From assembly GCA_030390025.1 (NCBI GenBank), contig CM059431.1:125614001-125678000 (forward strand): DNA of 64,000 bases. Direction: 5' to 3'. The position numbers and the translations under genes are program-made. This DNA is from Squalus acanthias (Eukaryota). Shown piece by piece: positions 12,641 through 22,066 of the stretch. The notes beneath the pieces were generated by a model. It searched no databases. It saw only the letters and a program-made list of their open reading frames with translations, and was not told the origin of the DNA. How positions within the stretch are numbered: the stretch's first letter is position 1; every line of letters starts with the position of its first letter.

Positions 12641-13087
12641 GTCCCTCCTGTTGATGCGAATAACTCCGCTTATCGCATCAAAAATCATAGTGGTGAGCAA
12701 TATTATCTCGATTTCTCTCCGAATCCAGTAAATTAATCCCATAATTTTTAACTTAGCTAGGGTCTCTGTGTCGTCCTTATTTCCCAAGAAAATCACATTT
12801 TATATCACCGTAGGCATTATTTGCCCTTAAACTTACACCACTTGTTTTCCTTCCCGGCGTAACCAGGCCGATACCTCTCGTATCACCTGTATATTTGTCT
12901 TTTATTCAGGGAAAGGAAAAAAAAAAACAAAACCCAAAACCAAACAATCAACACCATCACCAAAATAATCAAAACCCCAACTCTTAAAACATGTCGAGTT
13001 CCCAACGTATTTACAATCTCTGAAAATCTTATATGAGTACAAACTTCCGCGGCGCACGCGGCGAGCGGGAGTGACGCCATTTTCCGA

Positions 13088-15435
13088 TTACACGGTGCTC
13101 TCATCGTGCACGCGCACGTAACGTTCTCGCCACTCTCCCGTGTTTTCATGCTTGGTGAGGCGTTTGTCTCTTTTACAATGTATGACCAATAGGTACACTA
13201 CAATAAACACTTGACATACGACTAAAATGTGGGAGGCTATTCTGATCCATGAAGGCACTTCAATATTAGTGAACAGATTCCACCACGGTGGAACTACTAT
13301 GTCCAAAATGTCTGTTCCTATTTCGACAGTTTTCTGCTCTAATGTATAAAAATGTTTCTGTGATACCGCGACGGCTTTCAGAAGTTTGGTTAAGTGTTCA
13401 GGGAGAGGGGGAATGAGGTATCCAAAATGCGCGACAAATCGCTGCAAGTCGGTGAAATTCTCTTTTACTGTGAGATGAACAGTGGATGGTTCAGGGATTG
13501 GGATAATTCGCTGTTGTGCTACTTGAACTTCAGCCCTGGGTTTAAAACAGAAACTGCTGTCACTCACCGGACACCGGCTACGGTTTCCATGCTGGTAGTG
13601 TTGCGCTGCAGTGGTAACACAATATGTTCCACCCCCGATGTATGCTACCTGCGGAGGCACATGATCTTGTGCCATTGCCTCCATGGTGCAATTCATGGAC
13701 TTGGCGCCAGCCGTTCTGAACCCGCACTGTGGTGTTAAAAAGGCATTCAAGTGCTGGGGGCACAGTATTATGTGTGCTCCCCTGCCACGACAACCAGAGA
13801 GATCCGTACCTGTCATCGTTTGCTCCCAGCGGATGACGTAAGGTGGAACCGCTGCATAACGAATGTGGGCTCCCCCCTGAATGACACCAATGTTCTCTAC
13901 CCGATATACCGGGGCGGGCTTTGCTGTGTCGCCCAAAACCGGCATGCGTAATACTATTCCCATAATAGTATGGTTTGATCGTCCGCAGTCCACGGGGACT
14001 GGGTAAGCTTCTGAAGCTAGCCTGAGCTGGCACGGACTTAATGCGTTCTGAAAAGGGTGGAGCGCCCGTAGGTGTTTGTTACTTATCCAGGACGGAACCA
14101 AACCTTGTTTTAAATCCTCCAAATTACTGCGGCCCTCGCCCAGTAACCACGCCCCGTAAAGCACGCACACCTCGTTCTGCGCAGCTTGATCGGATGCATT
14201 CCGATCTTCCCTGATCAGGGCATTTACCGTACGCGCATGTTTCTCCAGCTCTGCTATAATTTCCTTTAAATGGAGAGTCATGGCTTGGTCCTCGTGTAGA
14301 CCTGACCCTACCACTTTATTCTCATCTGTTAGAATGTCTTTTAACTGTGTTTTTAAACCATTAATCTGGGTCTGCAGCTCCACACTGTCTAGAGCGTTGA
14401 CCACAGATGTCCCTGTGTTAAAAGCAGTGAACGCATCGTTCACCAAACCCCTTCTTTGCCTCCCTACTTGATCCAAAACTTCCTGCGGTGCGGTGTACAA
14501 ACTTGTCTTATCAATTTCTGCAAAATCAAACTCGTAAAATTGTCTGAACATCTTGGTCAACAGGACCTGATACAACTGTTCCGTCTTTTTGGGGCACCAC
14601 TCTGGTAACCGTACCTCAGTGAGATTTAAAATCACCGAGGCCACCGCGTAATGTACCCCCTGAAAGAGTATCTGGTCTGTGGGGACCAGTACCAAACCAT
14701 TCCCGGGTCCCTTACTAGTTTTAGGGCACCCTTCTTCCTCAGCTAGAACCACCGGAATCGTGGGCGGGGCTTTGCGTGGGCGCGTAATGAGCTCAGTGGC
14801 ATTTACTGGGATCGGGGAGAATGGGGCTCCGCACCCCCTGGTGCTCGCATCCCACCTCATCCCCTGTCCGTTATCCTGCCATTGATTAATAAAAAATATG
14901 GAGATGCCTTTGGGGCAAACGTACTTTGACCCCCACATACATACATAAATTCCCTCATCCGGTTCCCACCATTTGTCCCAACAGACTTTCACTTGTCCGT
15001 CTGTCCCCGTAATTGTCCGATGGGTATTATTACCCAGTCGTTCCCACTCGACCGAAGAGTTTCTCATAGTTTTGCTCAGCTTTCGCAGCCACCACCATCG
15101 GCTCAATGGGACCTTCCCACTACAAGTCAAACAAATCCGTTTGCCGACGGTGACGCTGATCCTGGGTGCGATGATCCTTTGGGGCACAGTAAAGAAGTCT
15201 CTTGGTAGGCAAACCCCGATGTGCTGGAATACTCCATTGAGTTCGTTCCCAGCCATCCTGGCCACCTTCCCTTGTGGAAATAGGTGCTGGTCCCCTCTGC
15301 CTTCCGTCTTCCGGTCCCATCCACCGCGATGGGGGCCGTGTCCCCGGAACATCCAAACACCACGACATCCTTGGTGTGGCCTCGATAGGCCAATCCACAT
15401 CCGATTGCCACGAGCAATACTAGAATTCGTTCCAT
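13088..15435 (-). pseudogene. env: env of the inner provirus; 4-nt deletion near 15177 disconnects the signal peptide
   Basis: ATG of MERILVLL at 15435; ATCCT----TTGGGG versus ATCCTCACTTTGGGG in the outer copy; the rest is open to the stop at 13088. Confidence 0.9.
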
Positions 15436-15726
15436 CCTTCCTTGGTTCCTGTGATCAGATAGAATGAGGTAGCCAGCCTCGCAAGAGTCTCTGGCTTTTG
15501 TGAAGGGTGAGCGGGTCCCCTGACCTCGCCTCACGTAAACTTCAACGTTTGCTGAATAAACTTCCTCTAAACCTAACCTTAAAAACTCCCATCATTTATC
15601 GTTTTCTGTTAAAAACACTACAAACTTAGCCTTATTAAAACTATAAACTTATTCTTAACCTTAAACTATAAACTTAAAACTTAACCTTGTTACTATACAG
15701 TGCCGCCCGTTCTCAGGGCGGCCCCT

Positions 15727-18700
15727 TTAAATTCTGAGAAGGCTGCTGCGAGCTCTTCCCGACGGTGGGAGGGCGCTGACCCTTCCCTCTGATCTGCCGC
15801 AGCCTGTTGCTGCGCTGACCCTTCCCTCTGATCTGCCGCAGCCTGTTACTGCTGCGATGTGGCCGGTCTGTACCCGGGTTATCTTAACCTGAAGTCTACG
15901 CCTTGGGGCAGTCTGGGGACATGACCACATCCTCCTGGGCTGGGGTTCTCTACTTGACCTACGGGGAGTTGCTATGGGCGGGGGTTCCGTGACGGACGGA
16001 CCGGGTTCCGAGACCTCCAACGGGATGACCTGGGGTTCCATCACAGTCGCCGGCTCCGCCTCCGCTGACTCCGCCTCCCTAACCTCGGGGCTTGCAGTTC
16101 GTGGCTCCGCCCTGCTCGGCCCAGCAAGCGGCCCTTCACTCGTGATCTCTGCCTCCCCTGAGGACTGGACGTTCAAAGCGGGCGGCCACATCTCTGGGAG
16201 CCACATCGGTACTCTCTGTGCTCCTATAGCGGCTGGCCCTGCCTCCTCTAGCTCCTCCCTCCTGTCCTCGGGACCTGCAGCTTGTGTGTCCACCCTGTGT
16301 GGATCTCTACCTATAGGCCCCATTCCCCCCAGACCGTTCCTCAGGAACCACCCGTCATCATCACTATGCTCATCTGCACTATCCTCATCTGACCAGGGTA
16401 CCCTGGGTTCTTCCTCATCTAACCCCCAACTCCAGAAAAACGCTGCATGATCGTCCGGGATGTCCCTTCCCCTGATGCAAGCTGCTATGCCTGCCTGTGT
16501 GCCTTGTGGTCCTACCTGGGGCTGTGCTTTCCCATTGGCGGGATTTACCCCTGTAGTTTTCCCCTGCGCACCCGGCTGGTACAGCTTGCATTGGTTTATG
16601 TGGAACCACTTAGTGCGCCGAGGTACTTTTACGGCGTAAACCATGGGACTCGCCTTGTCTACAATGTTGTAGGGTCCCATATACAGTGGTTCCAGACTCC
16701 CTACTCTGGCGTAGTTTCTGACCATGACCTGGTCTCCTACTTCCCACTCCCGCGTTTTGCGGGGTTCCAGCAATAAGCGATTGCCCTGATGCTGCCTTCC
16801 CATGTTCCCAGCCGCCTGCTCATAAACTTGCTTCAGGCGCTCCAAGAGAGTCTGGGCGAACTTGTCCCTGCTTATCTCTTGGAGCTGACCCTCAGTGAGC
16901 ACCGGGGCTAGCACATGGGTGGGGGTTCGCATGAGCCTGCCGGTCATTACCTCGTGCGGGGAGTACCCCGTACTTATTGACTGACTGGCCCGGACCCCCA
17001 TGAGGACTAAAGGCAGAACTTCCGCCCATTTTTGGGGCGAGTTCCTAGTCTCTTTCCTCAATTTCTCCTTCAGGGTCCGGTTCATACGTTCAACAATCCC
17101 GGATGACTGGGGATTGTGTGCTACGTGCCACTTCCCTTCAATGCCCAAAAGCATGAGGGTGTTCTGCATCACCTGGCCGGTGAAATGACTCCCTTGGTCT
17201 GACTCCACAAAACGGGGGAGTCCCCACCGCGAGAACACTTCCCGGACCAAGATTTTTGCTGTACCCAGTGCCGTAGCTGTTCGACAAGGGAAGGCTTCCA
17301 CCCACTTGGAAAACACATCCACCAGGACGAGGCAGTACTTATAACCTCCCTGGGTGGTGGGCAGGGGTCCTATATAGTCGATCTGTATCGACTGCCATGG
17401 TCCCTCTACCCTTCTTACGTGTCCCATGGGCACCTTCCTTTTCTGGGGGTCTGGGTTGTTTGCAGCGCACACAAGACAGTTTGCACAGAACTCGCGGACT
17501 TGTTCCCTGAGCCCTGGCCACCATCCCGCTTGCTCTACCCGTTGCCAGGTAACCTCGGGCCCGGGGTGCCCTGCCCCTGGTCCCTCGTGAGCCAACTGGA
17601 GGAATTCCCTCCTGTGCTGCTGCGGCACAACCCACTGCTCCTCGCGGAACAGCATGCCTTCCTTAACGGAGAGGGTTGCCGTACTGTACGGACCTTCTAC
17701 CTGCCTCCCCTCAGCAATCGTTTTTAGGACTGCTTTTAGGGCGGGATCCTGGGCTTGGACGGTCTTGAGGTCTAGGGGCAATGCTACCCTGGTGTTCCCG
17801 GTATTCCCGTCCCCGCCTCGGACCGCTGCTATGGGTCCGGTCCTGTAGGGGTTCCAGAAAGTGCCGTCGCGGGCACCCTCCCTGGCTAGCGCATCCGCCT
17901 GCCGGTTGCCCTCCCCACGGGGCTCTGTGGAGGAGTGAGCTTTCACCTTATGGATGAAAATCTCTCCTTCCTCCCCTACTGCTGCTGCTAAGATCTTTTC
18001 CAGCAAGGGCTTCACCGTTAAAGGTCGCCCGTCCGCGGAGGTGTATCCGCGGCGGGACCAAATGGCCAGGTATTCCGTACACGAATTGCAGGTGAACATA
18101 CTGTCCGAGCAAATCGTGTATGGGGTTGGGAAAATGTCTGGGTGGGTCACAACGTACACCACGGCAGACAGCTCAGCCTGCTGCGCGCTCATGGTGCTAG
18201 GGAGCTTGATCGCCAGGGCAAGGTCTGCCGCAGGGTCATAAACTCCACACCCTGTGAGTCGCTCGCCAGCAGACACTGTGCTAGACCCATCAACATAAAT
18301 CTCGCGCCCAGTGGGATGTATCCCGGCCCGTAAACCTATGTTGACGTCCCACACCCCTTCCACCGAACACCGGTGGGCTGTACCGGGGTATACCAAATTG
18401 GCCGCAAGCCTGGGCTCGCAAAGACCTTTTACTCTAAGATCCAACTGGGAGAGAAGAAGGGTCCAACGCGCAATGCGTGCGCTGCTTACGGTCCCGTCTT
18501 TAATCCTCCCATCCAGAAGCATCTTAGTTGGTGTGTGATGTGTGAGGAGAGTGATGGGAGAGAGCCCTGTGAAGATCGCTGATCTTTTCACAGCCCAATG
18601 CGTGGCTAAAAGGTGCCTTTCGCAATTGGAGAAACTTCTCTCCACATCCGTTAATACCCTGGATGAATAGACAACCGGCCTCAGCTTGCCGTGACGCTCT

Positions 18701-20250
18701 TGGAGCAGCACGGCGCTTAAGCTGTCTCCGCTGGCAGCTACCTCCAGGAAAAACTCCTTCCCCCCATCTATGGCCCCTAAGGCTGGCGCGGTCTGCAGAT
18801 CCCTTTTTAACTTCTCGAAGGCTGCTTGGCAGCCCTCGTCCCAAAGCCACTCCACCCCCTTATGGAGGAGTCGGAGGAGCGGCGCCGCTGTGGCCGCATA
18901 ATCTTCGATAAAATCCCTGCAGTAACCGGTCAGTCCCAAGAAGGACCTCACACCCCTTACGTTGTTGGGAATCGGTAATTCTTGCACCGACTCCCTCCTT
19001 GCTTTGTCTATGGCTCTTTCCCCAGCGCGTATGGTCAGTCCCAGGAATTTTACTTCCCGCTGACCGATACGTGCTTTCTTAGGATTTATTTTAAAACCCT
19101 TTCTCGCTAACAGTTCCAATAACTCGTCCAGTAGTGGTCCGTGCTCCTCCCTTGAGTCCGTAAATAGGAGCAAATCATCCACATACTGTACTATCTGATT
19201 GGGCTGACTAAACTCCCTTAAACTTCCTGCCATACACTGATGAAAAATACTGGGGCTATTGTGGAAACCCTGTGGCAGACAGTTCCACGTGTACTGTTGC
19301 CCTTTGAAAGTAAAGGCAAACTTGTACTGGTCCTCTCGCCGCAGCGGGATGGACCAAAAACCGTTCGAGATATCCAGCACCGTGAACGTGGTCGCGGACG
19401 CTGGGATGCTCCCTATTAGGTCAGCAACTGCTGCTACTGTGGGCGCGCAGGCGGGAATGTTACTGTTAAGGACTCTGTAGTCCACCGTGGCTCTCCACGA
19501 ATTATCCGGCTTCCTAACCGGCCATAATGGGGAGTTCACGTGTGTGGCTATCGGCCTTAACACGCCCTGCTGCACCAAGGAAGACATTGCTGTCTCCATA
19601 TCGGGTTCTGCTTCTTTGGGGAAGTTATACTGCTTTTGGGGTCGGGTCATGGGGTCCCCATCTACGCTGACCTCAAACCCGACCACTCTCCCACAATCGT
19701 GCTTGTGGGTTGCAAACGCGTGCATATTATCTGACACGTACGTTTGCATGTCCGTTGGGACATCTGCGACCATAAGCCTGAGGTCGTAGCCTCCGGATGG
19801 CTGTACGGTACACAGGACCCCTGTTTCTTCCTCCCCCGGAATCACTATTACCTCGCCTTTTTCACCTTTAGCCCCCCAGAGACAGTGATTTCTGAGGTCC
19901 ACGAGGATCCCGTGTCCCGCTAGGAGATCGGACCCGAGAATACCTCTTCCACCCCCCTTTTGCCATGCCATCAGTATACACTTCCACTTAAGGCGAAGTG
20001 TTCCTAAACGAATGGATAGCGGAAGGGAAAACGTGCCAGCCTGTTCTTTTCCTGTGAACCCTGCCAACGTGAATGGGACCTTGGTAGATAGCGGCGAGTC
20101 AAAAGGGTCATCTGTATGGATTATGGTGCAAGAAGCTCCCGTGTCCAACAAATAACTGCCCTTCTGTTTCTCTACCTCCATCTCCACCACAGGTCGCCTC
20201 CACGCATCATAGCTAAGCGGACACAGGTAGACGGGCTGTGCTGGTTCTAG
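15727..20250 (-). CDS. pol: Pol polyprotein (PR-RT-tether-RNase H-IN plus a long acidic/Pro-rich tail), in frame with gag after one UGA
   Basis: LLDTGAS/ILGSD protease; LDISNGFW, LPQGFHNSP, YVDD RT; degenerate first RNase H (LEVAASG); second RNase H (YVDGSS); HHCC-DDE-GPY integrase; no internal stops. Confidence 0.96.
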   Translation of the reverse strand, partial: LEPAQPVYLCPLSYDAWRRPVVEMEVEKQKGSYLLDTGASCTIIHTDDPFDSPLSTKVPFTLAGFTGKEQAGTFSLPLSIRLGTLRLKWKCILMAWQKGGGRGILGSDLLAGHGILVDLRNHCLWGAKGEKGEVIVIPGEEETGVLCTVQPSGGYDLRLMVADVPTDMQTYVSDNMHAFATHKHDCGRVVGFEVSVDGDPMTRPQKQYNFPKEAEPDMETAMSSLVQQGVLRPIATHVNSPLWPVRKPDNSWRATVDYRVLNSNIPACAPTVAAVADLIGSIPASATTFTVLDISNGFWSIPLRREDQYKFAFTFKGQQYTWNCLPQGFHNSPSIFHQCMAGSLREFSQPNQIVQYVDDLLLFTDSREEHGPLLDELLELLARKGFKINPKKARIGQREVKFLGLTIRAGERAIDKARRESVQELPIPNNVRGVRSFLGLTGYCRDFIEDYAATAAPLLRLLHKGVEWLWDEGCQAAFEKLKRDLQTAPALGAIDGGKEFFLEVAASGDSLSAVLLQERHGKLRPVVYSSRVLTDVERSFSNCERHLLATHWAVKRSAIFTGLSPITLLTHHTPTKMLLDGRIKDGTVSSARIARWTLLLSQLDLRVKGLCEPRLAANLVYPGTAHRCSVEGVWDVNIGLRAGIHPTGREIYVDGSSTVSAGERLTGCGVYDPAADLALAIKLPSTMSAQQAELSAVVYVVTHPDIFPTPYTICSDSMFTCNSCTEYLAIWSRRGYTSADGRPLTVKPLLEKILAAAVGEEGEIFIHKVKAHSSTEPRGEGNRQADALAREGARDGTFWNPYRTGPIAAVRGGDGNTGNTRVALPLDLKTVQAQDPALKAVLKTIAEGRQVEGPYSTATLSVKEGMLFREEQWVVPQQHRREFLQLAHEGPGAGHPGPEVTWQRVEQAGWWPGLREQVREFCANCLVCAANNPDPQKRKVPMGHVRRVEGPWQSIQIDYIGPLPTTQGGYKYCLVLVDVFSKWVEAFPCRTATALGTAKILVREVFSRWGLPRFVESDQGSHFTGQVMQNTLMLLGIEGKWHVAHNPQSSGIVERMNRTLKEKLRKETRNSPQKWAEVLPLVLMGVRASQSISTGYSPHEVMTGRLMRTPTHVLAPVLTEGQLQEISRDKFAQTLLERLKQVYEQAAGNMGRQHQGNRLLLEPRKTREWEVGDQVMVRNYARVGSLEPLYMGPYNIVDKASPMVYAVKVPRRTKWFHINQCKLYQPGAQGKTTGVNPANGKAQPQVGPQGTQAGIAACIRGRDIPDDHAAFFWSWGLDEEEPRVPWSDEDSADEHSDDDGWFLRNGLGGMGPIGRDPHRVDTQAAGPEDRREELEEAGPAAIGAQRVPMWLPEMWPPALNVQSSGEAEITSEGPLAGPSRAEPRTASPEVREAESAEAEPATVMEPQVIPLEVSEPGPSVTEPPPIATPRRSSREPQPRRMWSCPQTAPRRRLQVKITRVQTGHIAAVTGCGRSEGRVSAATGCGRSEGRVSALPPSGRARSSLLRI

Positions 20251-22062
20251 TCATGGGGCACTATTAGACGGTCCTGCGGCACCTACGGGGCCGGTTGCGA
20301 CCGCCACCTGTCCACGCGCATTCAAGACTAGCTTGCGCATGGCTCCTAACACTGCTTCGAGGTCGTCGGGAGGGGTGGGTGCCTTGGCTTCCTTAGCCGG
20401 GACAGGCGCCTGGGCTCGGACCGCGGGATTTTTATCCTTGGAATCCTTCCAAGGGTTCCTGCAATGCTTGCGCCAGTGCCCTGTCTTCCCACACCCGTAA
20501 CAAGCATTACCTGCCTGTGGGGCGCGATTACCCTCCTGATGCCACTCTCTTTGATACGGGGCTGCGGGTCGTACCTCATGTATTCTTCCCTTAAAGGGAC
20601 GTGTCGTCATACCCCTTATATTACGATAACCTAACGTGAGTCGATTCAAGACCGACTCTTCCGTAAGGTTGAGGTCATTGGGATCAAACCATGCTTTTGC
20701 CTGCTCTCTAACGGCTGGTAAACTGTTGGCTATTATGCACCTAAGCCAATGAGTTAAAGCGGCGCCTTCCACATCTTCGCGCTCGGGCGCACCTAGACAG
20801 CTGCGCTCATATACTGGCCACAGCCTGTCGGCAAAAACCTTCGGGGGTTCTCCCTCCATCTGCACTGTCTGTCCCACTCTAGCAAACGGACCTCCGTCGT
20901 TCGCCCCCAACACTTCTAGGACCTCATTCTTTAATTCCTCATAACTCTTGTTTCCCCTCTTGCTCTCGCCTGAGAGACACTGAAGGACCGAGCTGTCTAA
21001 TGAGAACAGCAGCATTTTTGCTGTCTCCCCATCATCGCAGCCGTTAATGGCTGCGGCTTGCTCAACTTCTCTGAAATGTACGGAAGGGTCGTCTATCTCG
21101 GTCAGCTTCCGTACGTGATTTATCATAGCTCTCAGCTGATGTGAACTGTGAGGCAACACCAGCTGTCCGAGGAGATCCCCCGGTTCTTCCCCACCGTTTC
21201 TGCTTGGGCCCCTTTTAATACCCGTTACTGGATACAGCGATCCCTTTTCTACTTCCTTTTCAATGGGCTCTTTTGTTTCTTCCATTGCTTCCTCCCTAAC
21301 CCAGGTTTCTGAATAGCTGGGTGGCGCGGAGGGCGCAGTGGCTACTACTTCTTCTGCTTTACTTGGTGGGGATTTTCTAAATCTCTCATTTACTAGCGGC
21401 TGGTGCGCCGACGGATTGATAAGGCACACCATGCCGTTCGCATTGTTCACGGCCTTTTTGAGGTTCTCTATCTCCCTTTGGCAGGCGCTATGGTCGGCTC
21501 CCTGAAACTTATCCTCAAGGGCCAACTTATATGCCGACCTAACCCCCATTAAGCTCTCTTCTTGAGTTCTTATCTGGGCAGCTTGGCGGTTACATCTTTC
21601 CTTTAACCTGCTCTCATTCAATTTTGCCTCAGTGACCTGGCACTCGAGATAATCTATCCTTGTTTTAAGGTGACTGGAGACTTCCTGGCTTTCCTGGTGT
21701 AACTCATTTAAATTCTTAATGAGCACCTCCCCTCCAGAAACCTTCTCCTCCATTTCTCCCTCTAAATGACTGATTCGAGCTACTAGCGCTGTAATGGTCT
21801 GGTTTGAAATCTGAACCTGCCTTTTGTAGCACATAAGCCAGACTGCTTTCTCAAGTGTCTTTCTATGTTCTTTACTATCTGTCCACCTTTCAGCTGCCTC
21901 TAGTGGGCTCTTATCCGCTAACAATTCACTTATCCATTTCTTAGTTAGATTAACCTTTCCAAACACATAATCCGCTATCTTTTCCTGCATAACATTTCGT
22001 ACAGTCATTCCAAAATCTAACACACTACCCTCTCGCTGCCAGTGTCCTGCCGCGGTCGCCAT
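20251..22062 (-). CDS. gag: Gag polyprotein, 603 aa (inner provirus)
   Basis: Coiled-coil-like N-half, PSAPPSY late motif, capsid-like helical region, single CCHC knuckle CYGCGKTGHWRKHC; first ATG at 22062. Confidence 0.93.
   Translation of the reverse strand: MATAAGHWQREGSVLDFGMTVRNVMQEKIADYVFGKVNLTKKWISELLADKSPLEAAERWTDSKEHRKTLEKAVWLMCYKRQVQISNQTITALVARISHLEGEMEEKVSGGEVLIKNLNELHQESQEVSSHLKTRIDYLECQVTEAKLNESRLKERCNRQAAQIRTQEESLMGVRSAYKLALEDKFQGADHSACQREIENLKKAVNNANGMVCLINPSAHQPLVNERFRKSPPSKAEEVVATAPSAPPSYSETWVREEAMEETKEPIEKEVEKGSLYPVTGIKRGPSRNGGEEPGDLLGQLVLPHSSHQLRAMINHVRKLTEIDDPSVHFREVEQAAAINGCDDGETAKMLLFSLDSSVLQCLSGESKRGNKSYEELKNEVLEVLGANDGGPFARVGQTVQMEGEPPKVFADRLWPVYERSCLGAPEREDVEGAALTHWLRCIIANSLPAVREQAKAWFDPNDLNLTEESVLNRLTLGYRNIRGMTTRPFKGRIHEVRPAAPYQREWHQEGNRAPQAGNACYGCGKTGHWRKHCRNPWKDSKDKNPAVRAQAPVPAKEAKAPTPPDDLEAVLGAMRKLVLNARGQVAVATGPVGAAGPSNSAP
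22044..22061 (-). promoter_or_regulatory. Primer-binding site of the inner provirus, tRNA-Ser-like
   Basis: TGGCGACCGCGGCAGGAC, 5 nt after the LTR-terminal CA; TGGCG...GCAGGA resembles the complement of vertebrate tRNA-Ser 3' ends (recalled, not searched). Confidence 0.7.
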
Positions 22063-22066
22063 TTTC

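Noticed and set aside
12608..12796. ORF running across the PPT into the LTR as a nef/bel-like gene
   Set aside because: Short, GTG start not shared by the outer copy, no recognisable motif
15178..15400. N-terminus of the 770 aa ORF (MWIGLSRPH...) as the true Env start
   Set aside because: Out-of-frame product of the 4-nt deletion; the signal peptide MERILVLL is in another frame and is continuous with the Ig-like segment in the outer copy
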